DNA of 64,000 nucleotides from the NCBI GenBank assembly GCA_017882165.1, contig JADGPZ010000003.1, forward strand, positions 878 through 64,877. Direction: 5' to 3'. Position 1 is the stretch's first letter; each line of letters starts with the position of its first letter. The notes beneath the pieces were generated by a model. It saw only the letters and a list, made by a program, of their open reading frames with translations. It made no database searches and was not told where the DNA came from. Position numbers and translations under genes: made by a program. Below are positions 1 to 8,680 of this stretch, in pieces. The stretch comes from Candidatus Kapaibacterium sp. Its GTDB lineage: Bacteria; Bacteroidota; Ignavibacteria; Palsa-1295.

Positions 1-240
1 CGAGGTCGCCGTCCACGTCAACCCGAGATCAGTAGACTTTTTCACATCGCCTGCTCCCGCCCATACGATACCGTCCTTATAGGTCATCGCCCCACCGGAT
101 ATAGCATTAGACATCCAGAAGATTGGCTTCGTCGTCACCCGTTGCCATTGTTGGGCGCGAAGCGACTGGACGCAGAGCGGCAAGGCGCTCAGGAGCGCGA
201 CTACCGCAAAACACATGAAAGCAGAACGGCGCAGATTCAT
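1..240 (-). CDS. Secreted BNR/Asp-box repeat protein (5' part only; runs off the window edge)
   Basis: Hand translation from ATG at 240: MNLRRSAFMCFAVVALLSALPLCVQSLRAQQWQ...KSTDLGLTW. Signal peptide plus an SxDxGxTW Asp-box. Not in the ORF track. Confidence 0.7.
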   Translation of the reverse strand, partial: MNLRRSAFMCFAVVALLSALPLCVQSLRAQQWQRVTTKPIFWMSNAISGGAMTYKDGIVWAGAGDVKKSTDLGLTWTATS

Positions 241-405
241 CAGTAGAAGAGCGACACCTGAGACCTCTTGAATGTTACCACCCTTCTAATAACCTGAAAG
301 CTGGCGTTTTGTTACAGCCCAATCGCGGCATCTCGTCCGATATCGTATTTGTACGGCAACTTTGCTGCCCAAATCGCGTAGAAGCGGTCGATCTCCCGCA
401 ATTCG

Positions 406-413
406 TAACTTTG
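406..413 (+). promoter_or_regulatory. Bacteroidota-type -7 promoter element (TAnnTTTG) upstream of aconitase
   Basis: TAACTTTG about 25 nt before ATG 437; matches the Bacteroidota sigmaA -7 consensus. Confidence 0.5.
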
Positions 414-436
414 CATCTCAAAAAACTGATATAACT

Positions 437-2893
437 ATGGCTCAATCATCGAACGGAGTAAACTTGCCAGTCGTAACTGCATCGCCCACGATGCAACCAT
501 TCCAGATCGCGGCGGAATCCGTTCCTATGGCCGAAATTCGCGCCAACAAGCGCGCGATGGCCGTCGAGACCACGCGAGAGTTGGTCGAGCGGGTTTATCA
601 GTGTTCGGAGAAGAACCTCGCCATCGTCCGCAAGCGGCTTGGCAGGCCACTGACGCTCGGCGAGAAGATCGTCTTCGGACATCTTGCTGAGGCTGAGACG
701 CAACCGCTCGAACGCGGCAAGAGCTTCCTGCGACTGATGGTAGACCGCGTCATCATGCAGGACGCAACGGCGCAAATGGCGATCCTACAGTTCATGCAGG
801 CTGGTAAGTTCGAGTCCGCAGTGCCGGCGAGCGTCCACTGCGATCACTTGATTCAGGCTTATGAAGGTTCCTCGACCGATCTGGGGCGCGCGCTTGATAC
901 GAACGCCGAGGTCTACAACTTTTTGAAATCCGCCTGCTCGAAGTATGGCATCGGTTTCTGGGGACCCGGCTCGGGCATTATCCATCAGGTCGTGCTGGAG
1001 AACTATGCCTTCCCCGGTGGTCTGATCATCGGCTCAGATTCGCATACGCCAAACATGGGCGGGCTTTCGATGGTCGCCATTGGCGTGGGCGGAGCGGATA
1101 CAGTGGATGCAATGGCCGGTTTTGCATGGGAGGTGCTGAATCCGAAACTCGTCGGCGTCAAGCTTACGGGCGAACTCAGCGGATGGGCAGCGCCGAAGGA
1201 CATTATCCTCCACGTCGCTGGCAAGCTAACGGTCAAAGGCGGCACGAACCGCATCATCGAATATTTCGGACCGGGCTGCGCGACGCTCTCGACCACTGGC
1301 AAAGCTACGGTCACCAATATGGGCGCGGAGATCGGCGCGACGACATCAGTCTTCCCGTTCGACCAGAACGCCGTCCGCTACATGAATGCAACCGAACGCG
1401 CAGAGCTGGGAAAACTTGCGGAGCAGTACAATCATCTGCTCACTGCCGATCCGGAAGTCGAGCAAAACCCGGAGAAGTACTTCGACGAAATTCTTGAGAT
1501 TGATCTTTCGAAATTGGAGCCGCTTATCAACGGCCCGTTTACGCCCGACCTGGCCCGGCCTGTTTCCGAAATGGCGAAGGATGCTTTGGCGAACGACTAT
1601 CCCGAGAAGGTCTCCGTGACGCTCGTTGGCTCCTGCACGAATTCGAGCTACGAGGACCTTTCCCGCGCTGCGAAGATTGCCGAGCAAGCGCGCGCCGTCG
1701 GTGCCCGCGTGAAGATGCCATTCTTCATCAATCCCGGCTCCGCACAAATTCGCGAGACGATCGAGCGCGATGGACAGCTCGCCTCGCTCGAAGCAATCGG
1801 CGGCGAGATGATGGCAAATGCCTGCGGTCCGTGCATCGGACAGTGGAAGCGCGATGACATCAAGAAGGGCGAGCGCAACACAATCATCAGTTCATACAAC
1901 CGGAATTTCCCAGGACGCAACGACGCGAATCCGGCTACGCTGGCATTCGTCGCAAGCCCGGAAGTCGTTATTGCCTACGCACTTGCTGGCGATCTCTCAA
2001 TTAATCCTTTATGTGATGAATTGACCGCCGAGGGCGGGAAGAAGTACCGCCTCACTCCCCCACCGAAAGTCGATGCCCTGCCGGCCAACGGCTACGCGGG
2101 TCGCCGCAAGGGATACATGCCGCCCGCGCCAAACGCAAGCAGCGTTGCAGTAGTCGTGGGGAGTGGCGACCCCGCCACTCCCAGCGAGCGATTGCAGATT
2201 CTCGATCCCTTCCAGCCAATGGTGAAAGATGAGATGACCGACCTGCCGGTGCTCATTAAGACCAAAGGCAAAACGACCACCGATCACATCTCGCCAGCCG
2301 GCACGTGGCTCCGGTATCGCGGACATCTCGATAAGATTTCGGATAACATGCTGACCGGCGCGATCAACGCGTGGTCCGGCGAGGCGGGCACGACGACGAA
2401 TATCTATACTCACGAAAAGAGCGTGCCGGTGCCACAGGTTGCGCGCGATTACAAGGCTCGCGGCAAGCGATGGGTCATCATTGGCGATGAGAACTATGGC
2501 GAAGGCTCGAGCCGCGAGCACGCCGCGATGTCGCCGCGATATTTGGGATGCCTCGCGGTTGTCGTGCGGAGCTTTGCCAGGATACACGAGTCCAACCTGA
2601 AGAAGCAGGGAATTCTGCCGCTCACGTTTGTCAACTCGGCGGACTATGACAAGATCAAGGAAGGGGATACCGTGTCGTTCGAGTATTTGCAGGAGCTTGA
2701 TCCTGTCCGCACGGTCAACATGAAAGTGAACCACCCCGATGGGACTTCTGAAATCATCGCGCTGGCGCATACGATGAACATGGAGCACATCGCCTGGTTC
2801 GAAGCCGGAAGCGCGCTCAATCTGATCCGTCTGCACGCGGGCGAGGCCTCGCTCACGGCCGGGATGCAGGAAGCGCCGCCGGTCGCGGCGTAA
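437..2893 (+). CDS. acnA: Aconitate hydratase, mitochondrial/Bacteroidota type
   Basis: QDATAQMA, HCDHLI, DSHTPN, GSCTNSSYED, NACGPCIGQW, NRNF and GSSREHAA motifs; 4Fe-4S cysteines present. Start at ATG 437 is a judgement (track start is 362). Confidence 0.95.
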   Translation: MAQSSNGVNLPVVTASPTMQPFQIAAESVPMAEIRANKRAMAVETTRELVERVYQCSEKNLAIVRKRLGRPLTLGEKIVFGHLAEAETQPLERGKSFLRLMVDRVIMQDATAQMAILQFMQAGKFESAVPASVHCDHLIQAYEGSSTDLGRALDTNAEVYNFLKSACSKYGIGFWGPGSGIIHQVVLENYAFPGGLIIGSDSHTPNMGGLSMVAIGVGGADTVDAMAGFAWEVLNPKLVGVKLTGELSGWAAPKDIILHVAGKLTVKGGTNRIIEYFGPGCATLSTTGKATVTNMGAEIGATTSVFPFDQNAVRYMNATERAELGKLAEQYNHLLTADPEVEQNPEKYFDEILEIDLSKLEPLINGPFTPDLARPVSEMAKDALANDYPEKVSVTLVGSCTNSSYEDLSRAAKIAEQARAVGARVKMPFFINPGSAQIRETIERDGQLASLEAIGGEMMANACGPCIGQWKRDDIKKGERNTIISSYNRNFPGRNDANPATLAFVASPEVVIAYALAGDLSINPLCDELTAEGGKKYRLTPPPKVDALPANGYAGRRKGYMPPAPNASSVAVVVGSGDPATPSERLQILDPFQPMVKDEMTDLPVLIKTKGKTTTDHISPAGTWLRYRGHLDKISDNMLTGAINAWSGEAGTTTNIYTHEKSVPVPQVARDYKARGKRWVIIGDENYGEGSSREHAAMSPRYLGCLAVVVRSFARIHESNLKKQGILPLTFVNSADYDKIKEGDTVSFEYLQELDPVRTVNMKVNHPDGTSEIIALAHTMNMEHIAWFEAGSALNLIRLHAGEASLTAGMQEAPPVAA

Positions 2894-2925
2894 CTACCTG
2901 TAGCGACGTTTCGATCTTTGTCAAT

Positions 2926-3147
2926 TCAGAGCTTTTCCCACTCTTCGCGGGAGATATGCGCTTGGCGTAAGACCTTTTTCAACAGGTCAATCGCAATATC
3001 TCCGCGATGCGGATTAGGAATTTTGACTCTGCGAGAAACACCGATGTTCATGTAATCGTGATCACCTCCAGCACGAGGGCCATCAAACCCGGCGCGCCGG
3101 AGTGACGCGATCAAATCACGACGGCTAATGGGTCCGAAATGCGGCAT
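2926..3147 (-). CDS. hicA: HicA-family mRNA interferase toxin
   Basis: 73 aa, GGDH...IPNPH..DI...LL..VLRQA.ISREEW pattern; coupled to the upstream hicB by a TGATG overlap. Confidence 0.85.
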   Translation of the reverse strand: MPHFGPISRRDLIASLRRAGFDGPRAGGDHDYMNIGVSRRVKIPNPHRGDIAIDLLKKVLRQAHISREEWEKL

Positions 3148-3386
3148 CAGGCTGGGACGTGCTCGTTGATGTCAATGCTATCGATAACCGGAATCTCAGC
3201 CCCATCGCGAAGACCGAGGATAAGCCACCCCTCGAGCGTACCTCGAAGGTCCTTCTCCGTATCCGCTAACGTCAACTCGTTCGCCCAGACTCCGTTGCAC
3301 TCAGGGATCTCTCCGTAAAATGACTTATCTTCTAAAATCTCGTATCTCGCGTGCCGCATCGCGGCGTCGATATATTCGGTCAGCAT
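3147..3386 (-). CDS. hicB: HicB-family antitoxin (short form, no DNA-binding domain)
   Basis: MLTEYIDAAM..ARYEILED..FYGEIP.C.GVWA...TL...LEGW pattern; hicB-hicA order. Confidence 0.85.
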   Translation of the reverse strand: MLTEYIDAAMRHARYEILEDKSFYGEIPECNGVWANELTLADTEKDLRGTLEGWLILGLRDGAEIPVIDSIDINEHVPA

Positions 3387-3647
3387 GATTTTTTAACCGC
3401 GTCCGTAGCGAGGAAGTTCAGCCGTAGGGAGCCTCACCGCAGCAACATAACCGGCAGCGTGTGGACGCGGCCGTGCAGCGGATGATGCACTCGTACGCAC
3501 CCGACGCGGCGCAGGCATTCTCGGCTGCACCCTGGCGAGGCATCGCTCTCGGCCGGCATGCAGCAAGCGCCGCCGGAACCGGTGGCCGCGCAACATTTGC
3601 AGTGGGAATCGTTAGATTACCTTTCCCACACACGTTATCGAGATGCA

Positions 3648-4412
3648 ATGCTGAAGTTCACGGCCGTTTTTCTGCTTGGCGTAGCACTTCCGCATTTGAT
3701 TCATGCGCAGCAGCATCCGTTTAGGTCGGTTAGCTCTCAAGCCATAACCCTTTCCGAGCCTGAACTCGCAAGCATGGAGACAAAACAGGATCCGGGTACG
3801 GTTTTGGATAGCGGGCGATCTCTTGTGTTCTCAGCACGCACGGTCACCATTGTGATTCGCACCGGGCCGAGCGATGATATGCTCTCATATCGGATTCAGG
3901 GTCTACGAAATCCTACGCTCGACTTCCGACCTGGCGTCGAAGTGCACCTCCTCTTAGCAAACATGGACGATGACATGCACCACGATTTGCGTTTCGGCCG
4001 CAAGATGCACGCGTACATGCCCAATCCGGATACGGCTGGAACCGTTGGAACACACCGTCTTGCTCCTTCTCAGAGCGAGAAGTTCTCCGCTGAAGAAATC
4101 GTGTTCCGTTCGGTGGATACCGGGACGTTCAGCTACTTTTGCAGCGTCAAGGGGCATGCGGCTGGTGGCATGTCAGGGCATATTGTCATCGGAAGTAATC
4201 CTGCCTCTCTGGCGGCGATGCTAATTGGCCAATCTCCGATGAAGATGAGGACCACCGATGCTGGCTCACCGATGGACATGAAGCAAAGTGGCATGGAGAT
4301 GAAGTCTGGGACGATGATGGACTCAAGCAGGACGATGAAGCCGGGCATGAACATGGAACACTCCATGAACGGCCCGGCAAGTGGGGTCCTCCTCACGGAG
4401 CCGATGTCATAG
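3648..4412 (+). CDS. Rusticyanin/sulfocyanin-like type-1 copper protein with a Met-rich tail (N-terminal part of an ORF interrupted by TAG)
   Basis: Signal peptide MLKFTAVFLLGVALPHLIHA; NPTL..RPG.EV.L.L.N.D..MHH; YFCSVKGHAAGGM, giving His/Cys/His/Met ligands (compare rusticyanin YVCQIPGHAATGM); Met-rich tail. Confidence 0.8.
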   Translation: MLKFTAVFLLGVALPHLIHAQQHPFRSVSSQAITLSEPELASMETKQDPGTVLDSGRSLVFSARTVTIVIRTGPSDDMLSYRIQGLRNPTLDFRPGVEVHLLLANMDDDMHHDLRFGRKMHAYMPNPDTAGTVGTHRLAPSQSEKFSAEEIVFRSVDTGTFSYFCSVKGHAAGGMSGHIVIGSNPASLAAMLIGQSPMKMRTTDAGSPMDMKQSGMEMKSGTMMDSSRTMKPGMNMEHSMNGPASGVLLTEPMS

Positions 4413-5543
4413 GAGGGCTCTGGGACAAGTTGGCTTCCCGCATCCTCGCCGGTCTATGCGTCAATGTACGAGAGTAATGGCTGGATGTCCATGCTGCACG
4501 GATCGATAATGCCGCGATTCGATCATCAGGGCGGGCCACGCGGCGGAGGTAAGTTTGATGCGCCGAATTGGATCATGGGGATGCTGAGCCATGACATCGG
4601 GAGTGACGGTCGCCTCACCTTCCGAGGAATGTTCAGTCTTGAGCCGTTAACCGAGGGCAGTTGTTATCCGATGCTGTTTCAAACGGGAGATACCTGGCAG
4701 GGTCAGCCCCTGATTGATTACAAAGATCCTCACAATCTCTTTAGCGAACTATCGGCAACGTACAGCCAACGATTGGCCGACCACTCATCGGCCTTCCTTT
4801 ACATCGGCTACCCGGGCGAACCAGCGCTTGGCCCCTCGGTCTTCATGCACCGACCGAGCGCGATGTCGAATCCCGATGCGCCGATCAGCCATGATTGGAT
4901 GGCCGGGACGCACATTACATTCGGAGTCGCGACTGTTGGCGTCAGCCTCGGTAATTGGAAATTGGAAGGGAGTGCGTTCAACGGAAGTGCGCCCCAGAGT
5001 CTGTATGGCTTCGATAAGCCGACGATCAATTCCTACAGTGGCCGGCTGTCGTTCAATCCGACTAACGAACTTTCCTTTCAGATATCCAGTGGACACATCA
5101 CAAATCCCGGAGGCGATAGCGTCGATCTCATCCGCTCCACCGCGTCGGCCATGTACACAAAGAATTTTGGTGACGGTTCGTGGTGGGCAACGACACTCTG
5201 TTGGGGTGAAAATCATGAGATACATTTCGCGAAGGAAGAAGCTCTCCTTCTCGAGTCGCAATACACGATTGAGGACTACAGTTTCTTTGGCCGAACCGTT
5301 TACGTTCAAAAGTCGGATGTTGAACTGGCATTCTCAGATAGCAGAACGCAACTCCATGATCTATCTGATGCAGCCATCGGGTTAACCCGGACCCTCTTCG
5401 ATCTTGCTGGAATGGAAGCTGGGATTGGCGCCCAGATTTCATATCATTTTGTACCAGAGTCCTTGCGTCCCCTCTACTCTGCTCATCCGGTTTCCTTTGA
5501 GCTATTCTTTGAAGTTCACTCTACCATCATGTCCGGAATGTGA
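4413..5543 (+). CDS. Outer-membrane beta-barrel-like protein, in-frame continuation of the cupredoxin ORF
   Basis: The frame stays open directly after TAG 4410-4412 (EGSGTSWLPASSPVYASM...). YPMLFQTG, GEPALGP.VFMHR and THITFGV motifs; alternating beta-strand pattern; no signal peptide of its own. Confidence 0.65.
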   Translation, partial: EGSGTSWLPASSPVYASMYESNGWMSMLHGSIMPRFDHQGGPRGGGKFDAPNWIMGMLSHDIGSDGRLTFRGMFSLEPLTEGSCYPMLFQTGDTWQGQPLIDYKDPHNLFSELSATYSQRLADHSSAFLYIGYPGEPALGPSVFMHRPSAMSNPDAPISHDWMAGTHITFGVATVGVSLGNWKLEGSAFNGSAPQSLYGFDKPTINSYSGRLSFNPTNELSFQISSGHITNPGGDSVDLIRSTASAMYTKNFGDGSWWATTLCWGENHEIHFAKEEALLLESQYTIEDYSFFGRTVYVQKSDVELAFSDSRTQLHDLSDAAIGLTRTLFDLAGMEAGIGAQISYHFVPESLRPLYSAHPVSFELFFEVHSTIMSGM

Positions 5544-5727
5544 GTGGACTCCTTTGGGAAGTGTTTTGCCCGATAGCAGCTTCGGACAGCCAAGCTGGGA
5601 TTGCGGTCAACGCCACAGTGGTGTAGCGAGGTCAACCGGCGCGCAGATTACGAAGCCGCATAGGATCAGAGCAAGCGCCTTGACCCCCGAACGCCAGCGG
5701 TTGTTCGGGATGTTCAGATTCAACATA

Positions 5728-5871
5728 TTAGTCGTGGCCTCTGGCCCGACCGAATTGTCACGGACGTTCTGGTTATCTCCGCGCGTGGCTTCCGTCAAAC
5801 CCCTCGCTTTTTCGGTCGGGCCAGAGTCACCGACCTACGCGTCTCGCTGGGCCGGGAAACCCGGCCACTAC
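5728..5871. repeat. GTAG-type REP hairpins (an inverted doublet plus a single hairpin)
   Basis: 15-bp inverted repeat CTCTGGCCCGACCGA/TCGGTCGGGCCAGAG, the right copy ending CCGACCTAC. GGGCCGGGAAACCCGG at 5849 recurs at about 11990. Confidence 0.55.
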
Positions 5872-6012
5872 AGTTTGGCATTTCGTGTGCTGTGTTATGG
5901 TGTGGTTAGGGGCACCAATTAGCTCATTGACAATGGATTCTGGGCGATTCATGAAAGAGACCGGCTCAATTGGCGAAATCCGTTCGTTTTGGGATATGAA
6001 AAGAACAAACAC
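5849..6012 (+). repeat. Degenerate copy C of the dispersed REP-promoter non-coding element
   Basis: Shares GGGCCGGGAAACCCGG...CTACA with copy A. Shares CAATTnGCTCATTGACAATnGATTC, GCGAAATC and AAAGAACAAACA with the reverse complement of copy B. Confidence 0.6.
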
Positions 6013-6255
6013 ACGAAGCCGGATTTTCTTCCGGATGTGAAGATGCGGTGCCGTTAACTTTTCTTACGTTATCGTAAAGATAGCTAACGGTCGAAGCATG
6101 ACGCTCGCTGACTAAAGCGCGGAAGGCTTGCTCGGCAGCGCAGCCTTTCTCATACAACGGGATTGGCACAGAGACTGCTACTGTTCTTCCGGTTCGTCAA
6201 TCGGTTGAGTTGAGACACTCTCCCGCTAATCCGAAAAACGATAATAAAAGGAGCC

Positions 6256-7557
6256 GTGCGCATCAGCATGATTCGGAATAATTTTATCTTCGCCGCAGCA
6301 ATCGCGGTCACAGTCCTCGCCACAAACGGACAGTCCGCTCGGGCAAATCCGCTCTTTGCGCGGCAGTACAACACGTCGTGCTTCACGTGCCACACCTCTC
6401 CCCCGCTGCTCAATGAGTACGGCCGCCGGTTTCAGGCGAACGGCTACCAATTGCCGACGACGAGTGATAACATGGCGCAGGCAGCGCGGTCGGTGTTTCC
6501 GCTCGGACTTGTGGTGACGCCCATGGTGATGCACTCGCAGGTCCATGACAATCTCGCGGACAGCGCGATTTCGAGTTCGACCACGATTACCGGAATCATG
6601 ATGCGGTTCTTTACATCGGCATCGCTCGGGCAGCACTTCTCGTATTATGCCGGCATCCCGGTGACGGTCGCGAATGGCGAGACGAGCGTCGAGATCGAGA
6701 CGATCCATCTGCTCTACACCGATGTGCTCGGCGATGGACGCGGCGCGCTCAATTTCCAGATGGGCAAATTCCTGCTCTTCGCTCCGTTCACGCCGATGTT
6801 CTTGCTTTCCGGCGACGACCCGATCGTGTACAACGCCATGCACTACAAACCCATCGGCGAGAAGTTCGCTGCGAACGATATGAGCCTGACGAACCCGATG
6901 TTCGGCGCGAGCGCCTTCGGAACGCTCTATGGCATCGGACAGGGACTCCGCTGGCAAGTTGGAATGGTCGGCGGCAACAACAGCGACGTCGATCTCTCGA
7001 CCGCGCGCGCATTCTTCGGCTCGCTCGATCAAACCGTATTCTTCCACAATGCCCCTGCCCGATTTGGTGGCTTTTACTTCACAGGTTATCAGGATCTTTC
7101 GAGTTCGGAACCGGGGACATCAACCGCGATGGCAGGTATGCCTGGCATGGGAGGCAGTTCCGGCACGGGGCTTCTCAACCCGTGGCACAACAACGTAACG
7201 CGATTCGGCGGCGACTTGGAAATATACGACCCGTGGACCAAGCGGTTTGACTTCTTTGCGCAGTACATGGCGTGCGTGGACGACAACGTCGATAGCCTCG
7301 GGACGTCTTACAAAATGAGAGGCGGGTTCTTCGGCGTCAATGTGATTCTCATGCCGGAGAAACTCTACGCCTACGCCAGATACGATTGGATGCAGCGACT
7401 CACATATAAGAACGACCTTAGCGCCATTGATGTGGGCGTGCGATACCACGTCCTTCCGAACGTCGTCGTGACCGGCGGCGCGACGATCGCCAAAGAGGTA
7501 TCACTCATCGACCAGACGACGACATCCATTCGCGGCGGATTTCTTTTCGGATTCTAA
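6256..7557 (+). CDS. cyc2: Cyc2-like fused monoheme cytochrome c-porin
   Basis: Signal peptide, then ANPLFARQYNTSCFTCHTSPPLLNEYGRRFQANGY, matching the Cyc2 N-terminal signature AxPxFAR[QK]...CxxCH..PxL..G..F...GY. About 430 aa, beta-rich, C-terminal Phe. Start may be ATG 6268. Confidence 0.8.
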   Translation: MRISMIRNNFIFAAAIAVTVLATNGQSARANPLFARQYNTSCFTCHTSPPLLNEYGRRFQANGYQLPTTSDNMAQAARSVFPLGLVVTPMVMHSQVHDNLADSAISSSTTITGIMMRFFTSASLGQHFSYYAGIPVTVANGETSVEIETIHLLYTDVLGDGRGALNFQMGKFLLFAPFTPMFLLSGDDPIVYNAMHYKPIGEKFAANDMSLTNPMFGASAFGTLYGIGQGLRWQVGMVGGNNSDVDLSTARAFFGSLDQTVFFHNAPARFGGFYFTGYQDLSSSEPGTSTAMAGMPGMGGSSGTGLLNPWHNNVTRFGGDLEIYDPWTKRFDFFAQYMACVDDNVDSLGTSYKMRGGFFGVNVILMPEKLYAYARYDWMQRLTYKNDLSAIDVGVRYHVLPNVVVTGGATIAKEVSLIDQTTTSIRGGFLFGF

Positions 7558-7569
7558 CCAACGCAGATC

Positions 7570-8349
7570 ATGATTCTCCAATCCATTACCACCATCTGCG
7601 CGATCGGCGTCATTGCCGGTAGTTCGCTTACACTCGATCGGCCCAGCGCCGGATCGGATACGCCGGGCGCAGCTTCCGTCCCATCCGAGATGATCGCACG
7701 CGGCAAGACGGTCTTTGACATCGGCTGCTCGCCGTGCCATGGACTCGAAGGAGCGGGCGATGGCCCGCTCTCCGCCAATTTCCGGACACGCCCGCGCGAT
7801 CTCACGAAGGGTGTATACAAGAGCAGGTCCACGGCAAGCGGCCAGCTCCCCACCGATGATGACATCGACCGCGCAATCAGCGCAGGTATTCACACCAGCA
7901 CGATGCCGCCGTATCTCAAGATGTCGCCGGATGACCGCGCCGCAGTGGTGCAATACCTCAAGACGCTCGCCGTGCGCTTTACGGATTCGACCGAGTACCC
8001 GCTGGAAGTCCTCACGTTCAACCAACCGATTCCGGCAACTCCGCAGAGTATTGCGCTGGGTCGCGCAGCCTATATAAAGATGCAGTGCGATAACTGCCAC
8101 GGTGCATTTGGCAAAGGCGATGGCGTGTCATCAGAACTTCAGCACGATGATTTCGGCAACTACGTCCACACCACGGATCTCACGAACGCTTCCGATTTCA
8201 AATTCGCCCAGTCGGCGCAAGATGTCTATCGCATCTTCTCGACCGGCATGAACGGCTCACCGATGCCCTCCTATGCCGGGACGCTTCAGGACTCCGACCG
8301 CTGGCATCTCGCGAACTACGTGTGGGGTTTGCACGGTGGCGAGCGGTGA
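7570..8349 (+). CDS. Periplasmic diheme cytochrome c
   Basis: Signal peptide; CSPCH and CDNCH, each followed by G.G.GDG and a distal MP (Met ligand); 12 nt downstream of cyc2. Confidence 0.9.
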   Translation: MILQSITTICAIGVIAGSSLTLDRPSAGSDTPGAASVPSEMIARGKTVFDIGCSPCHGLEGAGDGPLSANFRTRPRDLTKGVYKSRSTASGQLPTDDDIDRAISAGIHTSTMPPYLKMSPDDRAAVVQYLKTLAVRFTDSTEYPLEVLTFNQPIPATPQSIALGRAAYIKMQCDNCHGAFGKGDGVSSELQHDDFGNYVHTTDLTNASDFKFAQSAQDVYRIFSTGMNGSPMPSYAGTLQDSDRWHLANYVWGLHGGER

Positions 8350-8419
8350 GTAGCGACCGGTCACCCACAAGGATCATACATCGAATTGCATTGATGTTAG
8401 AACAACCTACTCTGGTGCT

Positions 8420-8680
8420 ATGGCAATCTATTTTACTCGTCACGCTCGGCAACGGCTGAAACTCTATCGGATCGACAGGAAAGCAGTTGAAGACGTTCTG
8501 ACCGACATCCGAGCCGATGAGGAGCCTATTGGCGAGAACCGGGAATTTGTCGCGGAGGCCTTTGTTCAAACCATCGGGTATCCGCTCAAGATCGCCTACA
8601 TTCGCGAAGTCGCTCGGGTGGTCGTCAAAACGCTGTATCCACTCGATAGAAAGACGAAATATGAAGATATCGTACGATAA
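8420..8680 (+). CDS. DUF4258-like putative toxin (RelE/BrnT-like)
   Basis: IYFTRHARQRL...LKIAY......VVKTLYP pattern; overlaps the DUF2283 partner. Confidence 0.7.
   Translation: MAIYFTRHARQRLKLYRIDRKAVEDVLTDIRADEEPIGENREFVAEAFVQTIGYPLKIAYIREVARVVVKTLYPLDRKTKYEDIVR

Noticed and set aside
4410-4412. Genome-wide TAG recoding or pyrrolysine
   Set aside because: TAG ends conserved genes here at their expected positions (rpmD, rplP, cmk, ispH), and no pyl genes are in the window.
5607-5798. Small minus-strand ORF with a hydrophobic stretch
   Set aside because: It is short, overlaps REP hairpins and matches no family; it may be a remnant but cannot be supported.
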